IMG/VR virus record: IMGVR_UViG_3300032116_000190
Span: 1 to 62,279 of that record
Direction: 5' to 3' (one strand)
DNA: 62,279 nt
Origin: a virus
Lineage: Duplodnaviria > Caudoviricetes
Shown here: piece by piece, positions 44,275 through 52,460 of the stretch
Numbering within the stretch: the first letter of the stretch is position 1
How the letters are laid out: every line of letters starts with the position of its first letter
Notes under the pieces: generated by a model
The model's input: the letters and a program-made list of their open reading frames with translations, nothing else
Databases searched by the model: none
Told to the model about the DNA's origin: nothing
Program-made: the position numbers and the translations under genes

Positions 44275-45099
44275 TTATGCGAATATTTCTAGTGCAGTTC
44301 CACACTCACTACAGAACTTAGCAGTTGCCTTATTCTGCTTACCACAAGTGACACACTTAGGCTTAGCCTTAACAGTGATTGGCTTGCGAATTGCTTCATT
44401 GTCAGGTGTCTCGCCTAGCAACTTGAGAATGATATTGTGCTTTTCTGATTCCGTTGCAAACCAACTTGCAGTCACAAACTTCTGATCACTCTTACTACCT
44501 GCAACAGTGATACCTGTTTCAGTCTGCGGTGCTGCGTTAAATGCTTGTACTGAACTTGCGTTTATTGTAGCGGAGCCTACTGCCATATTAGTTGCTGCAT
44601 AGGATGCGCTTGAACAAGTAATAGTGCCTGACATTGACTTAGGCGCGGCGGCTGTTGTGCTTCTCATTACATCGCCATAATATGAATCCATTGAGGTAGG
44701 TTGCCAACTTGGCGTAGTAGTCCAAATCGCTGGCTGATATTTCGGATAGACTTTTTCAAACTGATATTCTACACGAATCAACCCATCTTCAAGCTTGATG
44801 CCGCGATGGTCTTCAATCTTACCGGTGCGTTCAATGAACTTGAACTTGTTACCTTCGTTCATATTACCATTGCGAATGGCTCGTTGTAGGTCAATCTCTT
44901 GTCCTGCATTCAATACGAGTCCACCTGGCACGATATTGTCACCATCAATGTAGATATTGATTAATGCTCTTACTGTGTTGAGGTTCTTGAGAAGAATACT
45001 GTATTCGCTTCCAAATGGGATATAGACAGTATCTTTGAATTCACGGAGTACTTTTCCGTTGGCTTTGATGCTGGCAACCAGCTTACTATTATACATCAT
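44275..45099 (-). CDS. Hypothetical protein with C-terminal zinc ribbon
   Basis: CVTCG..AKFCSECGT. Confidence 0.8.
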   Translation of the reverse strand: MMYNSKLVASIKANGKVLREFKDTVYIPFGSEYSILLKNLNTVRALINIYIDGDNIVPGGLVLNAGQEIDLQRAIRNGNMNEGNKFKFIERTGKIEDHRGIKLEDGLIRVEYQFEKVYPKYQPAIWTTTPSWQPTSMDSYYGDVMRSTTAAAPKSMSGTITCSSASYAATNMAVGSATINASSVQAFNAAPQTETGITVAGSKSDQKFVTASWFATESEKHNIILKLLGETPDNEAIRKPITVKAKPKCVTCGKQNKATAKFCSECGTALEIFA

Positions 45100-45177
45100 G
45101 TTTCTTCCTTTCTACGGACCACAGACTAAGGCCCTCATTCTTAAAGTCTGTTACGAAGCTTCATGCTTCAATATTAT

Positions 45178-45399
45178 TTATCTGCTACGAAGCACCGTTG
45201 TGATATTTGTAATGTCAGTATTTGCCCTACGCATTTGTCTGCTATTAAGTGCAAGAGCCGAAGCCATCTTATGAACCTGTTCGCTCAATAAACGAACTTT
45301 GTCTTCTAGGTTCTTGATGCGCTTTTCATCATCTTTTTCTTTTTGGTCAAACTCTACTACGCCTGTTTCCACAATTGGCTTGTTTGAATACATTGTCAC
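45178..45399 (-). CDS. Small coiled-coil protein
   Basis: Heptad pattern. Confidence 0.6.
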   Translation of the reverse strand: MTMYSNKPIVETGVVEFDQKEKDDEKRIKNLEDKVRLLSEQVHKMASALALNSRQMRRANTDITNITTVLRSR

Positions 45400-45401
45400 T
45401 G

Positions 45402-46298
45402 TTATTTCCTTTTTAAAGATATCTTATACTTTATATATTCTGCAATATGCTCTGCTACATTTATTCCGCAGTATTTTTCAAAGCCTTCAAATCCCGGTGC
45501 ACTGTTTGCTTCACATATCTTGTAACCATCTTTGTCAAACAATAAGTCAATGCCTGCAATTTCTAATCCACAAATTCTAGCTGTTTCTCTTGCAAGATAT
45601 TCTATTTCGCCGTTAACTTCAAACGGTTCACCGTAGCCACCGTTAGATATGTTTGCTCTGAAATCACCTTCGGGTGCATGACGCTTCATTGCTCCGATAA
45701 CTTTTCCACCGATAACTAATACACGCAAGTCTTCGCCGGGTCTGGCATCTATGTATTCTTGAACTAATAGTGTTTTTGGAGTATCAAGATTGCCAATAAA
45801 TTCCATCATTTTCTTGAATGCGGTCTTGTTCTCACAAAGATAGATACCTTCACCATAACTGCCACTGATCACTTTAACGACACAGGGCCAACCGATGAGA
45901 TTGTCTGCGATATCTACATCTACGGGAAATCTAACAAGCATAGTATTAGGTACTGGCATACCTTTGCTAGCTAGTAACTGATGGCTACGCATTTTATCTT
46001 TTGCGATTTCTACGCTTATAGAACTATTAATGCACTTAATATGTTCTTCTTCAAATTGCCTAACAATAGCAGTGATAAACTCGGTAGTGCCTGATCCGGT
46101 GCGAGTCAACACAAGATCAGGCATGCCAAACTCTTGTCCATTGTATTTGATACCGTGTCCAGTACCTTTTCCTACAATTACATCAAAGTTATCTGGGTGG
46201 TAAATGGTTGCAGGGATACCTAAGTCAGCGAGACTTTTCACGAGACGACGATTTTCGTATTCGCTCTCGTCCTTCTTAGACAATATAAGTATTGACAT
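45402..46298 (-). CDS. RimK-family ATP-grasp ligase
   Basis: KDK..VPNT..GSYGEG..QEYI..DLRVLV..FRAN..EANSAPG. Confidence 0.9.
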   Translation of the reverse strand: MSILILSKKDESEYENRRLVKSLADLGIPATIYHPDNFDVIVGKGTGHGIKYNGQEFGMPDLVLTRTGSGTTEFITAIVRQFEEEHIKCINSSISVEIAKDKMRSHQLLASKGMPVPNTMLVRFPVDVDIADNLIGWPCVVKVISGSYGEGIYLCENKTAFKKMMEFIGNLDTPKTLLVQEYIDARPGEDLRVLVIGGKVIGAMKRHAPEGDFRANISNGGYGEPFEVNGEIEYLARETARICGLEIAGIDLLFDKDGYKICEANSAPGFEGFEKYCGINVAEHIAEYIKYKISLKRK

Positions 46299-46328
46299 GC
46301 TGTATCCTAATAATAGTATTTAGCTATT

Positions 46329-46532
46329 TTACGCGGGTACTCCAGTAACATCATACTTTAGTGATAAGAAACTAACTAACGGATGGTCCATTGGTTCAAT
46401 CTCAATGTGATACCCGGAGTCAAACTTTCTAAAGGGATGAAACTTAACTCCGGACTCTTTGATTGCTCGTTCTATCTGCTTGAAGTCCTGAATCGGAACA
46501 AACAACTTAGTTGTCATAGAGTTCCTCCTCAA
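46329..46532 (-). CDS. Small hypothetical protein
   Basis: ORF; probable start MTTKL. Confidence 0.55.
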   Translation of the reverse strand: MRRNSMTTKLFVPIQDFKQIERAIKESGVKFHPFRKFDSGYHIEIEPMDHPLVSFLSLKYDVTGVPA

Positions 46533-47043
46533 AGTCTTCTTCGGTTTCTAGTTGGTAGCCGCGGCCATCTTTCGCATAGTCAATATAATAGTCTTCGTTG
46601 GGCATAAGTTTGCGAAGACCATCTACTGTCAATGAGAGAAATAGAAAGTCTTTTTCATCAGCAATGCTAACAACATACCAACTAGTACCGCATCCTCCAC
46701 CAAAGACCTTCAACATACCATGTTTGATCTTGTGATTTTTTAGTGCTTGTCTAAGTTGATTGCCCTTACTGGTGATCAGCCTAATAGGATTCTTCTTACC
46801 GTTCAGCCTAATGCTGTTCATAACGGTAAGTTCTTTGATCGTAGCAGTATTGTCTTCGTCAATAACCAAATGGCAGTTCTTGACTCGGATGCTACCTTTA
46901 GTGCTAGGATTATCGGGAGTTTCTTTAGTAGACCACGGAACAGAACAATCAACGTGATTTACATAGTAGCTCTCACCCTTAGTTTTCAAGACCCACATGG
47001 GAATTGATGGATCGGTGAGGTGACCCTTATTAAAGTGGAACAC
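46507..47043 (-). CDS. Hypothetical phage protein
   Basis: FHFNK..PMWVLK..WSTKETPD; start uncertain. Confidence 0.7.
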   Translation of the reverse strand: MFHFNKGHLTDPSIPMWVLKTKGESYYVNHVDCSVPWSTKETPDNPSTKGSIRVKNCHLVIDEDNTATIKELTVMNSIRLNGKKNPIRLITSKGNQLRQALKNHKIKHGMLKVFGGGCGTSWYVVSIADEKDFLFLSLTVDGLRKLMPNEDYYIDYAKDGRGYQLETEEDFEEELYDN

Positions 47044-47375
47044 AACGTCCTTACAAGCTAATTCAACTTTCTATGCCATTTTCTTTCTCCTTTGTTTAGC
47101 ATAACAGTATTTATTTTATATCGTATCGGGTAGAAAAATGCTCTATCCTATCACCAAAGCAAAGCTTTAGCCAAACTTCTTGCTCTTTAGTAGTAGTAAT
47201 AATTTGGGTGTTGTGATTTACCTTAACCCAGCTATTATTATGAAATCCTATAGTGTCTATGGGATAATCGTCTGTTACTATTGAGTAATTGACACCTGCC
47301 CGTTGAAGCATTTCAAGATCGTCTCTTGTTACTTCTCCGAGCAGGTACCAAACTTTAGTGACAACTTGTGTCAAA

Positions 47376-47909
47376 TTATCCCTGCAAATATGCAAGAACA
47401 TTTTCTGGTGAAGTCTCACCATACGGATCATCTTCCGCATTGTGTGCAATGTTAGGTTCAATAAACCACTTTTCAATCACGCCATTGTCAACAACAACAG
47501 CATAACGCCAAGAACGAACACCAAATCCAAGATTATCCTTCTGCACTAGCATGTTCATCTGACTAGTGAAAAGGCCCGAACCATCGGGAATAACCTTAAC
47601 GTTCTGAATGTTTTGGTCCTTTGCCCAGCAATTCATCACAAATGAGTCATTGACCGAAATACAGTAGATTTCGTCAATACCAAGCTCCTTGAACTTTTCA
47701 TAGTTCTGTTCAAAGCCCGGAAGCTGATAGGTTGAGCAAGTAGGAGTGAATGCGCCCGGAAGCGAAAACAGAACTACTCGCTTACCAGCAAAGTATTCGT
47801 ATGAGGTAACATCCTGCCAGCGGAAGGGATTTGGACCTTCAACTGATTCATCACGAACACGAGTCTTAAAGACTACGGCAGGGACAATAGTTGGTAACTG
47901 TTCAATCAT
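47376..47909 (-). CDS. Peroxiredoxin (Prx5 type)
   Basis: LPGAFTPTCS..SVNDSFVM..RSWRY. Confidence 0.95.
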   Translation of the reverse strand: MIEQLPTIVPAVVFKTRVRDESVEGPNPFRWQDVTSYEYFAGKRVVLFSLPGAFTPTCSTYQLPGFEQNYEKFKELGIDEIYCISVNDSFVMNCWAKDQNIQNVKVIPDGSGLFTSQMNMLVQKDNLGFGVRSWRYAVVVDNGVIEKWFIEPNIAHNAEDDPYGETSPENVLAYLQG

Positions 47910-47919
47910 AATTATTTCC

Positions 47920-48276
47920 TTATAATACCATAGCAATAATTGCCACATAAGTTAATTGGTGAACTAGCTGATCTAATCCAGTTAGCTGCCAAAATTCATT
48001 ATGCGTAGTTGCTCCCCAACCCTTTATACGATTGATGTTCATCTTCGCATAGTCTGTCCAATAGTGAACAGTAAACTCAAATGCCATTGCCGCTAATGCA
48101 ATGACAGGAGTAGTGAAAAACAAAAGAATAATAAACGTAGTAACTGCATGGAGGCCAGAGTGTACGATGCCTCCCCAGTGTCCTAGCTTTCCCTTATTTT
48201 GCCACATATAAGCAGGTTGGTAATAGAAATCCCAAATGAAGTGCTTAACAAGCAGTAATGTCAAAAGAGTAATCAT
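47920..48276 (-). CDS. DUF3307-like membrane protein
   Basis: KH..DF..Q..H..H..H..D..K..GLDQLVH. Confidence 0.8.
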   Translation of the reverse strand: MITLLTLLLVKHFIWDFYYQPAYMWQNKGKLGHWGGIVHSGLHAVTTFIILLFFTTPVIALAAMAFEFTVHYWTDYAKMNINRIKGWGATTHNEFWQLTGLDQLVHQLTYVAIIAMVL

Positions 48277-48294
48277 ATTACCAACCTTATCTTT

Positions 48295-48368
48295 TGGCGC
48301 CCCTGACAGGAATTGAACCTGCAATCATGGGTTTTAGAAGCCCGTGTGAACCACTCAGCCTCAAGGGC
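48295..48368 (-). tRNA. Atypical tRNA with probable CTA (amber) anticodon
   Basis: GCCCTTG/CAGGGGC-G-CCA, T arm, small D arm, loop TTCTAAA. Confidence 0.6.
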
Positions 48369-48376
48369 GCTTAACC

Positions 48377-49183
48377 TTAGCGGTTATTACCGACGTTGAT
48401 AATACCCTTGAAGTCGTAAGGGACAACAACAGTGTTGACCTTGCCAGCCTTCACGCCTTCTGCGATATCCTGTAGAGCCATAGCAGCCATGTACTCGGTA
48501 GCACCACGGTTAGCATTAAGTGCAGCAATACGCTGTGCTTCAAGACGGGCAGTCTGAACTTCAACTTCCTTACGCTTCTGTTCGTTCTGTGCCTGAACAA
48601 GAGCATTAGCAGATGCTACAATGTTTGCAGCAGGCTTGATCTGGCGAACAAGAACCTGCGAGACAGTGATAGCGCCGTCAAGCTTTTCAGCAGCAAGCTG
48701 GTTGACGATTTCCTGGCGAACAAGCTGTTCAATTTCAGCACGATTGTCTGCCATCTTCAACGACTCGTAACGACGAGCGACCTTGTATGCAGCGTTGCGA
48801 CCAAGCTGACGAACATAGTTATACATCAACAGAGTATCGCCTTCTTCGGTTTCAGTGTGGAAACCGCGATTCTTTTCAATGTAAAGTTCTGCAACAGCAG
48901 TTGGGTTGATTGAATATACAACAGCCATATCGAAGTCGGATACAGTAGAGTTGTCACTAGCAAGGGGAGTCAAGTCAGCGATATCTACCTGAACGTCCTT
49001 AGTTGGGAAAGTGAGAACTTCACCGAAGATAGTCTGATTGATTGAACCAGGCTGGAGTTCAGTAGTCTCAATCGTCTTATCAAAAGAACGACGGACACCA
49101 ACTTCACCAGTTTCAATACGAGTACATGCAGCAGTCGTGGCCATAAGACCGGCGAGAACAGCAACCTTAGCAATACGATTCAT
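48377..49183 (-). CDS. SPFH/band-7 lipoprotein
   Basis: AACTRIETGEVGV; C-terminal coiled coil. Confidence 0.9.
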   Translation of the reverse strand: MNRIAKVAVLAGLMATTAACTRIETGEVGVRRSFDKTIETTELQPGSINQTIFGEVLTFPTKDVQVDIADLTPLASDNSTVSDFDMAVVYSINPTAVAELYIEKNRGFHTETEEGDTLLMYNYVRQLGRNAAYKVARRYESLKMADNRAEIEQLVRQEIVNQLAAEKLDGAITVSQVLVRQIKPAANIVASANALVQAQNEQKRKEVEVQTARLEAQRIAALNANRGATEYMAAMALQDIAEGVKAGKVNTVVVPYDFKGIINVGNNR

Positions 49184-49431
49184 TTTACTTTATATCCTTA
49201 AAAGAGTAGAACAATTGTTACAGCGACAATAGTTGCTAGCAACGTACACAACATACTATAGCCTGCCCACTTAGTCAAGCTAATTTTTTCTTTTCGGGTA
49301 AATCGTCTAAAGAGGTCAATACCAAAAAAGAAAATCAGAAAAAGTGAGATAAAGGCGATAATCATCTTAACCATAAATAGGTCTCCTTAGTGTTTACGAA
49401 GATTAAGATATAACACGTAGCTAGAGGATTG

Positions 49432-49686
49432 TCAAGAGTTTTGGTTGCCCGTTTTGCAGCTTTCTGCAAAACGCTTTTCTTGTAGTGTAGGTTTACCGAA
49501 AACCTTTTCTGAATGACATACAAGACATTTAGGATTGCCACAATCTAGTGCATGACGCTTTGCGTAACGATGTGGCTGATTGTGCGGATGAGTTGTGCCT
49601 AGCGATTTAGCAATACGCACTTGCTTTTTGATTGCGTTTGCTGTGCGATGTAGGCGTGTAGCTTTCTTACTTTTATCGTCGCTCAC
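49432..49686 (-). CDS. Basic Cys/His hypothetical protein
   Basis: HALDCGNPKCLVC..TLQEKR. Confidence 0.7.
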   Translation of the reverse strand: MSDDKSKKATRLHRTANAIKKQVRIAKSLGTTHPHNQPHRYAKRHALDCGNPKCLVCHSEKVFGKPTLQEKRFAESCKTGNQNS

Positions 49687-50192
49687 TTGTTTCTCGTTTT
49701 TGGGGTTTGTGAGTTCTTTTGCTTGTTTATCATTTCTTGTTGCTGCTGTCTGGTCCAGCCCATTCTTTTAATGTTTCCGGAATCCATTAAATCTTGAATA
49801 AGCTTTTTGCCAGTTCCCATATTATTCAAATCCATTTTCGTCTCTCACTAACCAACCTAATTTAAGTAGGACGGCCCATTGGTTTTAGGATCGTCCATAA
49901 GTCCCTTTTCAGTTTGATGTTCTATAGCGTTTAGGGCTTTTTGCTATTTTTTTCATATTGTTCAATTCTGCTTAACATCCAAGATACTAAAAAATAGACG
50001 CCGACACTAATGAGTATGCCGGCGCCTACTAAAATTGACATAGCTAAGAGAAAGTTTAACAATACTGTCATTAAAGTATTTATACTAGATAATCCTATAC
50101 CCTAGAACAATTAGTCCTAGAGCAAGCAAAGTATAGCAACCAATCTGTAACCAATTTGAGTTAGTGTAAAGCCAATTCATGATCAAAACTCC

Positions 50193-50411
50193 TTACTGGA
50201 TTTCATTTTCTTTTGCTTGCTGAATCAAGCTATTTTGGTAAGTGATGCGTTCAGTCAAGATAGTTACTGCCTCTGGGCATCGCAACAGAACTTCACGCAA
50301 CGTGCTTTCAAGGTACCCTGCACGATATGACATACTGTGTACCGGGTCCCCAGTAAGTACAGCAGTGTTTGCTAGCATCTTGTCAATCAAATCAGATGTA
50401 GATACAGTCAT
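50193..50411 (-). CDS. Hypothetical protein
   Basis: YRAGYLES; GGAG RBS. Confidence 0.65.
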   Translation of the reverse strand: MTVSTSDLIDKMLANTAVLTGDPVHSMSYRAGYLESTLREVLLRCPEAVTILTERITYQNSLIQQAKENEIQ

Positions 50412-50463
50412 AAGTAACTCCTTTCAAGCGATACAGAGACACTACATGAAAAATACTAATCTG

Positions 50464-50907
50464 TCAAGCGATTTCTTGAGTCTTGAACCATTTTAGGACA
50501 TTTTCCTTGCGCTTGTCAAAAAAGGAAACGTCCATACCAAAGTGCTTCTTGCTCTTGAACAGAAGGCCCTGCCAGGCATAGCCACCTGCATTCTTGGGAC
50601 GATACTTCCACTTAAGCTGTCCGACAACTTCGCCGTTCTTCTTAACAGCAAAAGTGTGAAACTTTTCGCTGGGAAGATCAGCAAAGCCATCCTTGACCTT
50701 AGCAAGGGCCCACTTGACTACGGGAGTATACGGACGAGCAACCTGTTCATCAATGTAAACAGTGCGACCATCTTCGGTCTTGATAATGATATCCTGAATA
50801 TATTCTTCGGGGTCGTCGGTACGAGCAACAAACTTACCAATCACTTCAATTTCGTCGCCGGCTTCGTTGTATTCAAAGCCGCGTACAAGATCACCAACCT
50901 GAAACAT
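50464..50907 (-). CDS. Hypothetical protein
   Basis: Behind repeated promoter, GAGGAG RBS. Confidence 0.75.
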   Translation of the reverse strand: MFQVGDLVRGFEYNEAGDEIEVIGKFVARTDDPEEYIQDIIIKTEDGRTVYIDEQVARPYTPVVKWALAKVKDGFADLPSEKFHTFAVKKNGEVVGQLKWKYRPKNAGGYAWQGLLFKSKKHFGMDVSFFDKRKENVLKWFKTQEIA

Positions 50908-50977
50908 GAGAGACTCCTCGTTTTTGCTATAGTCTTGTTATAGCAAAATGGGCAAAGAATGTCAACCGATTATTTTG

Positions 50978-51250
50978 TTACGCAGCTTCTTTTTCGCCAC
51001 GAGCAATCTGAATATCAATGTCACGGAAAGTAACGACAAACTTCATCATTTCAAGAGAAGTGTCAGCTAGTACAGCAATTGAATACTTTGACGGCGACTT
51101 CTCGTTGTAATATTCAACGTGAATCCAATCAATCATGTCGCCGGCGGCATTCTTAGCACGAACAATGCGAATCACTTCGCCGCGGATTGTACCAGCAGCA
51201 GATTCATAGCGAACACGATCACCGATGAGAACAGTTTTAGGAGCAGACAT
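50978..51250 (-). CDS. Hypothetical SH3-like protein
   Basis: IGDRVRYESAAGTIRGEV. Confidence 0.7.
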   Translation of the reverse strand: MSAPKTVLIGDRVRYESAAGTIRGEVIRIVRAKNAAGDMIDWIHVEYYNEKSPSKYSIAVLADTSLEMMKFVVTFRDIDIQIARGEKEAA

Positions 51251-51307
51251 ATGTAAAGCCTTTCGTTACTCTGTATTTAACTGTTATATCAGTTTTGGGT
51301 AACCGTG

Positions 51308-52405
51308 TCAACCAAAAAGATCAACTTTTTCCCAGGGTAGGTACGATTTTCCAAAATGACCATAGTTAGTAGAAGCACTATAAATTGGCCTAAACATATC
51401 AAATCTATCAATAATTCCCTTAGGAGTTAGATCAACGTTTTCACGAATATACTTTTCTAGGTCCTTACTTTCGCCGTCACTGTCAACATAGAAGCTAGTA
51501 GGTTCTTCAACACCAATTGCATAGCTTAGCTGAATCTGTGCCCACGATGCCTTGCCGCTAGCAACGATGTTCTTTGCAAGATAACGAGCCATATATGCAG
51601 CAGAGCGGTCGACCTTAGTTGGATCCTTGCCTGAGAATGCTCCACCTCCGTGCGGCGCTGCCCCACCGTAAGTATCCACAATAATTTTTCTTCCCGTCAA
51701 GCCAGTGTCGCCATCTGGACCGCCAATAACGAATCTACCGGTTGGGTTGATTAGGAACTGGGTATTATCATCAATCAGCTCCGTTGGGACAACTGCACGG
51801 ATAATTTGTTCAATTCCATTACGAACTTCTTTGATATCTACATCTGGATGATGCTGCGATGAGCAAACAATCTTGTCAATTCTATTGACTGTCCCATCGT
51901 CATTGTATTCTACAGTTACCTGACTCTTGCTGTCAGGGCCCATCCAAATCTGATTCTCATTCTTTCTCAGATGAGCAAGTGCTTCAACAATTCTATGACT
52001 ATAAAATAATGGGGCAGGCATATGATTTTCTGTTTCGTCACATGCGTAGCCGAACATTAGGCCCTGATCTCCAGCGCCAAAATTATCAGTGCCTAATGCA
52101 ATGTCTGGACTTTGCCCATGCATTAGATTAACAATGTTTACAGTATTCCAGTGAAAACCTTCTTGCTCGTATCCTATATTCTTGATAACTTTCTTCACCA
52201 TGTAGTCTAAGTCTAAAGAATCAATTTCTCCTTTATACTCTCCTGCCAAGATTACTGAATTCGTAGTCACGAGTGTTTCACACGCACACCTTACTGCCGG
52301 GTCCATCGCTGTCATAAACATGTCAAGAATTCCATCACTGATGGCATCTGCAATTTTGTCTGGGTGTCCTTCCGACACCGATTCACTGGTAAATAGATAT
52401 GGCAA
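51308..52405 (-). CDS. metK: S-adenosylmethionine synthetase
   Basis: FTSESVSEGHPDK, GAGDQG, GGGAFSGKDPTKVDRS. Confidence 0.97.
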   Translation of the reverse strand: MPYLFTSESVSEGHPDKIADAISDGILDMFMTAMDPAVRCACETLVTTNSVILAGEYKGEIDSLDLDYMVKKVIKNIGYEQEGFHWNTVNIVNLMHGQSPDIALGTDNFGAGDQGLMFGYACDETENHMPAPLFYSHRIVEALAHLRKNENQIWMGPDSKSQVTVEYNDDGTVNRIDKIVCSSQHHPDVDIKEVRNGIEQIIRAVVPTELIDDNTQFLINPTGRFVIGGPDGDTGLTGRKIIVDTYGGAAPHGGGAFSGKDPTKVDRSAAYMARYLAKNIVASGKASWAQIQLSYAIGVEEPTSFYVDSDGESKDLEKYIRENVDLTPKGIIDRFDMFRPIYSASTNYGHFGKSYLPWEKVDLFG

Positions 52406-52460
52406 ATTAAGCTCCTATGATATACACTTAATTATACTAATATCAGGTCGTTGTAAAGTT

